This document shows, piece by piece, positions 14,101 to 24,169 of a stretch of 64,000 nucleotides of DNA. The stretch is from assembly GCA_964016885.1 (NCBI GenBank), contig OZ024741.1, forward strand, positions 142,724,001 through 142,788,000, read 5' to 3'. The notes beneath the pieces were generated by a model that was not told the DNA's origin, did not search any database, and worked only from the letters and a program-made list of their open reading frames with translations. Within the stretch, counting starts at the first letter, position 1, and every line of letters begins with the position of its first letter. Position numbers and translations under genes: made by a program. Origin of the DNA: Eledone cirrhosa. Its lineage: Eukaryota.

Positions 14101-17100
14101 TTAACAAAAACATCATCACTGACACCAACACCATTATCATTGAGAGCTGCTACGCAGTCGTTTTATCTGCTAAAAATAGCAGCCAAATCTCTCAAACTAC
14201 ACTCCATGATCAGAAAAATGAATACATTTGATAACGTAGTACTAGATACACTATGTCTGAAAAAAAAGATGGAATGCTCATGGTTAGAATTCTTGAAATC
14301 ATGTCTGCTCAATAAGAGCTGACCTGGAGCTAAATATCATCATCATTCCTATTCTCACAAAGCCTCATTCAGTGGTTCTCAAATTGATAAATACTAGCCA
14401 ATATTAATAAAATCTCTTGCACCCCCACCCCCATATTAACAAGGACACAAAATACAGTTTGCATCCATATTATTCACTCTGTAAAGTGGTAATGAATGTG
14501 CCACGATACAATACACCCAGTCCACTCTGTAAGGTGGTAGTGTTGGTGCCATGAAAAAACACCTTGTCCAACCAATCAGCTAATTAACCCTCCAGTCAGA
14601 CCTTTTAATAATTAATCTAATAAAAGACACATCTACTTACTCTGGTTTTGGTGTGGTCAACAGCCACACAGTCCACACTGGCTGAGTGACCACGACAAAC
14701 ATAGTTACATTTCACTTCTTTAGTTTTGGGGTTCCACTGCCACTGTAACAGTGTCTGGTCATGGGAGCCAGTGACAAATTCACAAGTTGGACCTTCATCT
14801 TCTGTGGTGAGGTTTTGTAGTTGATTATAGTTTTAGCCAAACCAGTAAAACATGGAAGAGTAAAGAAGAAATCAATGAAAACCTAACTAAAATATAATGT
14901 GATGGAGTACTGCTCCCACATCTGGGATGGTGGACTGCCCTCACATGTGGAACAGTAGTATTGTCTACATGTGGAACATTAGTACTGCCACACAATGCAG
15001 TACAGCTCCCATATCTAAAATGGTGGCGGCACTGTCAAACTCAATGCAATACATCTCCTACATCTGGGACAGCAGTACCGCCACATTCAATGGATTATAT
15101 CTCCTACATCTGGGATGGAGTACAGCTCCCACATCTGGGATGGTAGTACTGCCATACTCAATGGGAATACAGCTCCCACATCTGGGATGGTAGTACTGCC
15201 ATACTCAATGGGAATACAGCTCCTACATCTGGGATAGTAATACTGCCACACTCAATGGAGTACAGCTCCTACATCTGGACAGCAGTAATGCCGCACTCGA
15301 TGGAGTACATCTCCTACACCTGTTAAGTCATGTTCCAAACAGTTACTTGACCCTTTAGTATTTAAACCAGCCATATCCGACCAGAATTCTCTCACCTCTT
15401 TCTGTTCAAACCATATATACTTATAATACTTATGTTAAGGTATTGTTCTCAAAATAAATAATATCAAAATCTCATAGATTCAATATTATGTGAGAAAGTG
15501 TTTAATGTGAAAATACAATAGTAAATATAAAGTAATATAAAGGCTATAAAGGGTTAATCATGATATTACTTATTTTACTAAATTCTTCCAAATTCCTCAT
15601 TATTTACAGAATTCAGTCTGAGATTGCTGCTTTTGGTTCTATGAAAGCAAACTACTCATTTTAATGTCATATTTAAATTAAAATGTCCAATTATAACCTT
15701 ATGTCAGAATTTTTTTAGCTATATTCCAAACATCAGCTTCATAATGAACAATTTAGTTTATTACTCAAAAATGAACAAGTTAGTTATATCACTCAAAAAT
15801 TAATTGAAACAGTGTAATTCATTAGAAATGTGGTTACAAAGCTTTGACTTAAAAATGCCCAGTACCATACAGTTTACCAGTTAGCATTTTATAATATTAC
15901 TTTCCTGACTAAACACGAGGCCACATTTATTGGTGTTTCCATACATTCCTCATCATCCCCCTCTCCCTGTACACCATAAACATGTGCTAACACTGAAATA
16001 CTTTCAACTATAGAAATATATTTAGCCCTTTTTATTACTGTATTTCTAACAAAATACACTTTCAATTAATTAAGAAAGAATTTTGAGGGATTAACTAAAA
16101 TCATTAATTTCATTACTAACATAGTAAGTTATGGTTCTTATATAAAATTATGTTGGAAGATTCTAATTTAACCCTTCAGCATTTAAACTGGCTGTATTGA
16201 CCAGAATTCTCTCACCACTACCTGCTCAAACTGGCCATTCATACCAACATTAAGGTATTGTTTTCAAAATAAATAATATCAAAATCTCACAGATTAGATA
16301 TTGTGGGAGATAAGCCTTTACCAGAAAAATACAATAGTAAATATAGAGTAATGTAAATGTTAAAAGGATAAATAGGAATCCTTTAAAATGAGTGATTTTG
16401 TTTCATAGGACAAGAGCTGAGTTTTGGCTGGGTTGGTATAAAAAAAAGATGAAGACATACCCAGTTTTATCCAAGACACGCACAAAACTGGAGCTGTGTG
16501 TCCAGATATTGTTTTCAAATTGACACCTTCTGTGTTCCAGACATGGACAGTGTTGTCATAGCAACCAGACAATATACTGAAGATAGAGAAGAAAAAGATA
16601 AAAACATGTCAAAATGAACTTTTTCATACACCATAAGTTCTATGTCAAATATCACACATGAATATAGAACTGGATCAAATGCCACATGTCAATATAGAGC
16701 TGTGTCAAATACTACATTAATAGAGATGTTTCAAGTATTACATGTTAATAGAGAACAATGTCAAATATCGCATGCTAATATATGAGGGTCGGCTGAAACG
16801 TTCATAGGCTGACTATAAATGAGTGATGCTAGAGCTGTGAAATCTTGCATGTACTCCCAAGCTTGTCAATTCTATTAAACAAGTAGCGAAGATTGTACCA
16901 TCTGTTCTTAAAACTGGTTGTGGATCCTATGTACTTATAAATACTGTCACTAGTAGTAACCCTTCACTCATATACAATGTTTCTTCAGAAGCTTCTGTTC
17001 TACATAGAGCAGTTTGCTGATTTTTTGCAATTACAGTCATTATTAGGTATATGTGTTGCATCAGAATTCTGTCTATTAGGGCAGTTAAACTCTAGGTCTG

Positions 17101-20100
17101 GATGAATTGAATTATGTGTTACTAGGTCTCTTACTACTTTTTTCCGGGGCTGCAATAATTATTGAAATAAATAAATATATATATATATATACATATATAA
17201 AGTGGTTAATATACCCAGTTGCCCTGTAAAATGGTTGGTGTTAGGAAGAGCTCCCAGCTGTAAAAATCATGCCAAAAGGTGTTGAGAGTATCTTTCAGTC
17301 ACAACACAAAAACCCCTCTGGTGTTGGCGCCACACAAAATGTCCATTGTACACTCTGTAATGTGGCTGGTTACAGGAAGAGCATCTAGCCACAGAAAACT
17401 TGTCAAACAAAGTGTCTAAGGAACACTTCAATTGTGTCAAAGACATTACAAAATCCTTAGTGCAAGTAGCTCCATAAAATGCACTCAATGCTTTTATTAG
17501 ATTGCATGAACATAAATAAGCAAGATGCAGTCCCTCACTTATCCGAGAGATCAGTAACTCCAATTAAATAGACCTGATCTGTAATCACCTGTCCAAACCT
17601 TGCTAGCAAGGAAAACATGTTAAATGACGATGATAGCAACAGTCAACATGCTGAGGGAGGGAGAGAAGAAGAAATAACTTACTACTGTTTACCACCATGG
17701 ATACAACTAACCCAGTCATCATGGACCAGAGAGTCTTCTGGTTGTGGTGCCGGATGCCTCTCGAGGTATTCTATCTCAATAACATCTTCCTGTAAAATTA
17801 ACATTTTATATCGTATATTTGAATCATAAACCTTAGAAAGAGATATATGAGAAGCATTCAAACATTTTGTGGAAAATGTTTATAGGAACATTGTGAAAAT
17901 ATTTTACTTGCATCAACTTAAACATGTATATATATATATGTGTTCTAACCTGTATGATCCAAAAGAATTTGAAGCAATAAATTGAAATTGATATCATTTT
18001 AAAAACAACATGTGTGTAGTCAAAACTTAAGCAAGAACCAACATCAAATTTATAGTAAAACTTGGTTGGAAGAAAAAGGACATTATTGAAGCTTTGAGAA
18101 ATGTTTATGGAGATTGATTGACAAGATCCCAAACAAAGTGGGGTGGAACTCGGACCAGGGAAACCATGTTTTTATTGGTCTTTGCTGATACTATTTACTG
18201 ATTGCAACACAGGGCAGAAAAAGCAATATGGAATATACTGTCTTGCTCAAGGACATAACACATTGCCAGGTCCAGGAATCGAATTCTCTAATCACTAAGC
18301 CAAGTGCCTTCACTGAAGATACTTCCCTTAAAAAATCAGCAATTTACAAATGCATAACTTGGCTCAAAGACGGACAAGACGGAATTGAAGATGATGAATG
18401 GACCAGCAGGACATTAACATCAGTTTCTGAATAAAAAAAAATCGATGCTATTTGAGATTTAATTGATGGAGACCAATGATTAAAGGCAGAAAAAATAGCT
18501 CCCACACCCTTGGCATCTCTGTTGGGATCAGTTCACACTTTTAAGTGATAAATTAAAGCTGAGCAAACTTTTTGTTTGCTGGGTGCCAAGACAGTTGCAC
18601 TCAGATCAACAACAAATGAGAGCAGAGCTTTCTTCAGAAATTTTAAGTACATGGGATCAAAATCCAGAAGGCTTTCTGAAGTGAATTGTGACTAGTGATG
18701 AAACATTGCTTTACCTCTACAATCCTGAAGACAAAGCACAGTGAAAGCAATGGTTACCTAAAGGTGGAAAGAACCTAGTCAAAACAAAAATGAACCATTC
18801 AGGAGGAAAGTCTTTTGTGATGCTGAGGGCATTTTTTTTAATGACTTCTTAGAGGGAAGAATCTGCTTATTATGAGAAAGTTTTGAGAAAATTAGCCAGA
18901 AATTTAGCAATATAGCGCCCTGAAGAATTTCATCAGAGAGTTCTTTTCCACTATGACAATATCTTTGCCCAATTTGAGACCAACTAGATTGACATGGTTA
19001 AATTCTCAGACCCTCAGTTCTATCAGGATGGTATAAATGGCTCTTACAAAACTGCTTTGATGTTAATGGTGCTAATCATGATTATCGTTTAACGTTCATT
19101 TTCCATGCTAGCATCGGTTAGACGGATGCTTATGTGGAGAAATAAAGCTTTTACATAAAAATCTTTCCATTCCATTTTTGAATCTTCTTCATATTATTGA
19201 ATTTCAAGACAGTTTTAGCAAAGGAAAAAGAAAATATTCCCTAACTATCTATAAACTGTTCCTTCAACTGATAATAACTTTTAGGATGACTTCAACTAAA
19301 GATTATGCTTTTTTTAAACTTCAACCGTTAACCAACACTAAATAGTTCCTGGCATGAAAAAACAAAACGGATCTTATATTTACTGAGTCTTTTAGACTAA
19401 AAAATTTCTGAATAAAACACTACGTTTAATTCTTTATACGAATTATTTGACCTTCCAATCATTTGAAATTAACCGTAGAAAGAGAGTTACAACAATGACA
19501 AATGTTTAGCATAAAATTATAAAACCAAAGGTACTGAGCACCCTAGTGTTGTAATGAGGGAATGCTGGTGTCACAACAAAAGCACCCAGTCCACTCTGTA
19601 AGGTGGTAGTGCTAGTGCCATGATAAAATATACCCAGTCCACTCTGTAAGGTGGTAGTCCTGGAGTTGTGATAAAATGTTTCCAGTATATGCTATGAAGT
19701 GGTGTTAGGAAAGGAATGTAGCTGTAGAAACCATGTCCCTAGCACAACTATAAAGTGGTTGGTGTTAGGAAGAGCATCCAACCATAAAAACCATGCTCCT
19801 TGTACACGCTGTAAAGAGGTTGGCATTAGGAAGGGCACCCAGCCCTAGAAATCAAGCCAAGACAAAGTGTGCGATCACTACCTGGTCACATGACCAGTTA
19901 GGCCTCAGTACGACAGCTGTCTAATCAATGCGAGCATGGAAAATAAACGTTAAATGATGATGATATGTCTGAATAATATTAACAGATGTAAGAATGAGTA
20001 CTCAATACTAAAGTACAGTTTAATAATATTCTTTATTATGGCTAAATGATGAGTTTTGTTACTCTATCTTGTCTGATGATCTTGTAACTACACTGAGTAA

Positions 20101-23100
20101 AAGGCTATTGTATTCCAAGTACTCACTAAACAGTTTGTAAAGAGGAGATACTGTGGTGTACCTGCTCGTCAGTTTGGGTATTGTTGACCATAGGCAAATG
20201 GCAGTGAATGTGATGGTGTTGACCATAGGTGAATGGAAGTGTATGTGATGGTGTTGACCATAAAGGAATGGAAGTGTAAGTGATTGTGTTGGTTTTGACC
20301 ATAGGTCAATGGTAGTGTATGTGATGGCAGTACATGTGTTGGTGTTGACTAAAGATCAATGGTAGCATATGTAACGATGTTGGTGTTGACAATAGGTCAA
20401 TGGTGGTGTTGACTTGGGTGAATGACAAAGACATTACTTACTGTGGAGATATTGTTCTGAATAGTGTGCTCAAGAAGACTTGTATGAAGGAATTCTGCTT
20501 TGATAAGAAAGTCAAAGTCGACCAGTTTTTCTGTGCTGCTGATGCCTTCTGGCAACATGAAACAAGAGAAAGCAACAAAGACATTAATAACACATCATTT
20601 ACTAACAACTTAACTCACTATTGCTATATACATTTTATAATAAACCAACCTCCATAAACATATAAACACACACACATATATATATATATATATATTAATA
20701 CAAAGCACACACACCAAAATAGTATGCAATGTTGATTCTCTCACTGTGCTTACTATATTGTGATGTGATGTTGACTGACGAATAAACTACAAAGAAATTG
20801 AAACTTTTTAGCAAAGAGTTTTTCAAGCCTCTCTTCTAGGGGTTATCACAACCAACTGTTGTTCATCATCATCCATTTTACATCTGCTTTCCATACAGCC
20901 ATGAATTAGGCAGCTTGTTACAGCCTCAGTCAGTTCTTGCTTTCTTAGATGAGTCAAGGTAGAGCATGTTTCACTCATATATTCCATTTTGGATTTCTAC
21001 AACTAGATTCCCATAGCATTAAACATTTTTCAGTATACTGAATAAGTTTTATTGTGGCTCGGGCATTAGAGAGGTTATCACGTCCTCAATATAACTAAGC
21101 AGTTTTTTTCTATTTTACATAGTCACAAATTTCACAGTAAAATGTCACATCTCACATGGTAAAGTCTTAGACATAATATACTAAGATGTATTGAATCAAT
21201 CAAGTCAGAATATCTGTATAGTAATTAATGACACAGTTTATATCTCACAGAGGTCAACACAATAAGCAACAGTTAAGTATTTCAGGAGGGAGTGGAGAAA
21301 GAATTTAACTGATTTCTTCTTCCCCACTCCAAATTGTGTGTTCTTGTGTTTATGTTAGAAATCAATATTATCCGTACATCTCTAATATATAATGAATTAG
21401 TTGGAGACACACTTCAACAACTCTTGCAGTTGTCAGGGTGGTATAAACGATGAGATGGACAGTTGAAAACATGGATTAGTACCACCAAACTAGACCTTGT
21501 ATTTGACATCTGGCCCTCTAATATACGGTGCTTAAAATATGGATTAGTACCACCAAATTGGACCTTGAATTGGCATCTGGCTCTCAAATATATGGGGTTT
21601 AATATTGGAATTGTGACTGGTTGACAATCGCCCTGCAGCATAATTGTGCTCACCAAACATATTTGGCTTCTGTTCACAATGCTGTGGATTCACTGGCTAG
21701 AGGTGGCTGGACTCACCTCAGGTGAACACTGACACATCTACAATTAAGTCTAATGTATAAATGAAGTTAGATTTCTTCCAAAGTTTAAAGAAAAAAAATA
21801 GTAGAATGATAGAATACCTTTAAGCAATCCATTGACAAGACTGCTTAATTCTTGAACTGTGGTCTTACTGGGGACAGAAAATGGAGCATCAGGAACTGAA
21901 AATCTGCAATAAGAGAAAAACACATATTAGATATATAAAAAAAAAACGTTCACCTAAGCATTGGGAAAATTTGAAATGTGTGTCCCAACACATATGACCA
22001 TAATAATAGGTGATCACTCTAAATAATGAGAAAATTGGGTAAAATACCCCAGGAGCTCAATTGCTCTCAGGTGCCTCTGTCCACTCTTTTCTCAATTATT
22101 ATCAGTCATTTACATTGTGATGCACACATTTTAAATTTTATATTAATGTAGTTTGAGATGAACTATATTTGAAAATAATACAAGATAGATGTAGCTGGAT
22201 TGCTTTTAACCACTGGCCTCCTTGATCAAGGCTCAGCTGGGTTAAACAACAATATCATAATCTTATGATATTGTTGTTTAACCCATAATATCATAAGATT
22301 ATGATATTACAGGCTATTATCCCATTTTTAGAGATGGAAGATTTTTGGTTAAATCTTATTTTAGGTTGCAAAGTGAAAGTAACCCATATTAGGATGTGAG
22401 GATGAGGATGCTATCTACCTATCTTGAAGGCACAGGAATGGCAGGTGCTTGTGAGCTCTAAGGATGACAGCTGCTTGTACTTCATTCAAGCTTGAATTGG
22501 ATGCTAATTCAGGTATCTCTGGCTTTTATGGAATAAATGATATTACATCTTCATCTGCATTCTGAAAGGGTTAGGGGTAGGGTTTCCGTTTTCCAGGAAA
22601 AGGTTGATTGCAAACATCCTTGAAGTCAGATTAGTTGATAGTACACGAAAAAAAAAAAAACGACGAAAAATAATAATTTCCCACCAACTGCAAGGGGTGT
22701 GTGGGTTTGCGAAACTCCGTTGGTCTTTCCGTCCCCCTTTTCTACAAAGCTAGTCGTTTTGGGGGGGGGGGTCATATTCGTTGATAACACGCAAAAACAA
22801 GAAATCGCAGAGAAAATTCCGAGGTGGGTAATGACTAAAAATAACCAGGATTAAATTACATTAAATTATTTAATTGATTTACAAACGTTTCTATCAATAC
22901 AATAAGAAAATACATTTCCTCTGAATTGATTTCTTCAGAATCTATTAAACAACATAAATAACATAATTATTTATCAACCACATGTCCGAACATCTCCATT
23001 CATTATATATAATATGTATTATTTATTTATGTTCATACACGAAACAAAAGCGCTACCTAAGGATTCAGGGCCCAATATTGACCATATCTCCAGAATTTAT

Positions 23101-23555
23101 ATAAATATATAATTTTCGAAGACAGAGTGTTAGAAGTGTAAAAAAAAGGAGGTATGTCAGTATAATTTGTCGACTGAACCCTTAAGTAAATTGCAAGTAG
23201 TTGTTTAGCACGAGACCAGCCAACTCTGACGCTAAACATCTTTTCTTTCTTTGTTCGATCATAGTATATCTTTTATTTATAAGTCGATATTGAGCGAGAG
23301 ATGGCGTGTTGAAGCGACAACACAGAATGCCACTTCGTTTAGCGATCTGGAATGAGTGAAATATACCGGCACATATGTAATGTACGAGAAAAATACTTGA
23401 GATAATTGAAACAAACAAAACAATGTAGGAAAATGCTAGATATATAGCCAGAGTTTATTTTAGCATGAAAAGGAAAGTGTTAACAAAAATATCTATACTC
23501 ACTGAGATTGTTTTGTGAAAAGCCTCACTAGCACGTGCGACCCGGTATTAGACAT
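3038..23555 (-). CDS. WDR12: Ribosome biogenesis protein WDR12/Ytm1 (NLE domain + WD40 repeats); whole gene, 12 coding exons, 1296 nt, 431 aa
   Basis: All 11 introns are GT-AG with consistent phase. The spliced protein shows WDR12 hallmarks: [25 protein letters not shown]...[52 protein letters not shown]. Confidence 0.96.
3758..4835 (-). mobile_element. RTE-type LINE 3' part with (GAT)n tail
   Basis: ORF 4071..4955 has [20 protein letters not shown] and GRPKMTW, plus a PHD-like C-x2-C...HKRC segment. Confidence 0.9.
5467..5585. repeat. Imperfect ~58-bp-arm palindrome (fold-back/MITE-like)
   Basis: ...atcttctgaagctcag-ttt-ctgagtttcagaagat...; lies between (TA)n tracts. Confidence 0.8.
5775..5907 (-). 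CDS. WDR12: WDR12 exon 11 ([14 protein letters not shown]...[14 protein letters not shown])
   Basis: TTTTTAG acceptor, GTGAGT donor; WD40 repeat. Confidence 0.95.
6190..8290 (-). mobile_element. Two adjacent decayed RTE-type LINE copies
   Basis: [34 protein letters not shown] and RLRWYGHV; (GAT)n tail near 6797. Confidence 0.88.
9074..9179 (-). CDS. WDR12: WDR12 exon 10 ([35 protein letters not shown])
   Basis: TTTGCAG acceptor, GTTTGT donor; DRHIRLWD motif. Confidence 0.94.
9819..9959 (-). CDS. WDR12: WDR12 exon 9 ([18 protein letters not shown]...[13 protein letters not shown])
   Basis: TTAG acceptor, GTATTT donor; WD40 repeat. Confidence 0.94.
9965..10430 (-). mobile_element. Tandem pair of tRNA-derived SINEs (family also near 27140-27520, 37330-37910, 52780-52970 and 63430-63690)
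   Basis: Family consensus has A box TGGCAGTATCGG, B box GAGTTCAAATCC, core GCCTTTCATCC..GGGGTCGATAAAATAAAGTACC (Nin/Deu-domain-like) and an (ATT)n tail. Confidence 0.8.
10445..11950 (-). mobile_element. Decayed RTE-type LINE
   Basis: [13 protein letters not shown] and [10 protein letters not shown]-like frames, with frameshifts. Confidence 0.85.
12357..12448 (-). CDS. WDR12: WDR12 exon 8 (acidic/basic loop [21 protein letters not shown]...LR)
   Basis: CTCCAG acceptor, GTAAGT donor; phase fits. An acidic stretch followed by a basic NLS-like cluster, as in other WDR12 proteins. Confidence 0.88.
13466..13511 (-). CDS. WDR12: WDR12 exon 7 ([15 protein letters not shown]), 46 nt
   Basis: TTTTGCAG acceptor, GTTAGT donor; matches CSGSWDKMLKIWST. 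Confidence 0.94.
14641..14801 (-). CDS. WDR12: WDR12 exon 6 ([17 protein letters not shown]...[14 protein letters not shown])
   Basis: CACAG acceptor, GTAAGT donor; WD40 repeat matching CRGHxxSVD of WDR12. Confidence 0.93.
14900..15322 (+). repeat. ~46-47-bp minisatellite, ~9 units
   Basis: Unit TACAGCTCCCACATCTGGGATGGTAGTACTGCCATACTCAATGGGAA. Confidence 0.9.
15351..15553. mobile_element. piggyBac-type MITE (other copies at 16172-16367 and 53364-53580)
   Basis: Consensus TTAA|CCCTTTAGCATTTA...TAAATGTTAAAGGG|TTAA across three ~200-bp copies. Confidence 0.75.
16461..16576 (-). CDS. WDR12: WDR12 exon 5 ([17 protein letters not shown]...[14 protein letters not shown])
   Basis: TTCAG acceptor, GTATGT donor; WD40 repeat; overlaps ORF 16360..16572. 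Confidence 0.95.
17683..17789 (-). CDS. WDR12: WDR12 exon 4 ([35 protein letters not shown])
   Basis: TTTTACAG acceptor, GTAAGT donor; HDDWVS motif. Confidence 0.95.
17848..19191 (+). mobile_element. Decayed Hsmar2-like (irritans subfamily) mariner
   Basis: [54 protein letters not shown] and [12 protein letters not shown]; degenerate TIRs; two small insertions. Confidence 0.88.
20178..20420 (+). repeat. ~35-bp degenerate minisatellite next to WDR12 exon 3
   Basis: Unit GGTGTTGACCATAGGTGAATGGAAGTGTATGTGAT. Confidence 0.8.
20442..20548 (-). CDS. WDR12: WDR12 exon 3 ([35 protein letters not shown])
   Basis: CCAG acceptor, GTAAGT donor; FDFLI motif. Confidence 0.94.
21818..21903 (-). CDS. WDR12: WDR12 exon 2 ([28 protein letters not shown])
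   Basis: TTGCAG acceptor, GTATTC donor; NLE-domain similarity. Confidence 0.93.
22869..22949 (-). ncRNA. Minimal type I hammerhead-ribozyme-like motif
   Basis: Minus strand reads TTTAATAGATT-CTGAAGA-AATCAAT...ATTGATA-GAAAC-GTTT-GTA-AATCAATTAAA. Both core motifs are present, stem I pairs 10/11 bp, stem II forms, and stem III is 2 bp. Confidence 0.6.
23503..23555 (-). CDS. WDR12: WDR12 exon 1 ([17 protein letters not shown])
   Basis: ATG at 23555; GTGAGT donor; phase 2 joins exon 2. VRLFT resembles the QxRF(Y/F)T N-terminus of WDR12. Confidence 0.85.
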
Positions 23556-23588
23556 TTTCGAAATTTGAAAGTGGAAAAAAGATGTGTG

Positions 23589-23597
23589 ACTTCCGGT
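23589..23597 (-). promoter_or_regulatory. ETS/GABP consensus site (ACCGGAAGT) at the WDR12 promoter
   Basis: Perfect ETS consensus 34 bp upstream of the ATG in a CpG-retaining region; typical of housekeeping promoters. Confidence 0.55.
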
Positions 23598-24169
23598 AAA
23601 TAAACGGTGAAATATTGATAATTACCGGATTCATAATACATACTAGATGTTATCACTAAGTATTGTATTTATTTCTAGGTAGTCTTTTTAAAGCTCCGCG
23701 CAATAAATACGTCAGTGACTTGGCTATTGTTTATTTATTCAATCTAGTATGCCATGACAGACTAGGGAAGTATCTAGTACCCTTACAGTTAAGAACAAAA
23801 ACAAGATAAAGATTTTTAAAAAAGGAGGGGAAAGCAAAAGAAGATTGTTAGTTATGCGGATTGTGTCTTCTTTCATTTCTATCATTTAAGAATTCTATTT
23901 ACCTACGCTAGCAAATGTACAAACTTGTTGTTGCTGTTTAGGCAGAGGTCAGCTTTGTCCAGACAGACAATCGAAGGCATTCCATCCTTATTTTTGAGAC
24001 ACCGTGTTTTTAGAATTACATTATCTAATGTGTCACCATCTTTTTAGGATGATAGGTTGTAACTCAAGGAAAAAATAGCTACTATTTCTAACAGGACGAA
24101 CGACGTTAGTTTGTACAATCCTGTACAAATCAACTGAAATAATACTCCGTATTAGATACATATATATTC

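Noticed and set aside
14900-15322. Regularly spaced repeats resembling a CRISPR array (also 44811-45050 and 52215-52560)
   Set aside because: Units are contiguous with no unique spacers, the context is a eukaryotic intron, and there are no cas genes; these are minisatellites.
21465-21605. ~67-bp tandem duplication and ORF 21414..21677 as a transposase or alternative WDR12 exon
   Set aside because: No recognisable catalytic motif, and the WDR12 frame is complete without it.
23598-23700. Shared bidirectional promoter driving b561 directly from the WDR12 promoter
   Set aside because: No convincing plus-strand donor was found nearby and the 31.5-kb candidate fits better; it cannot be fully excluded without transcripts.
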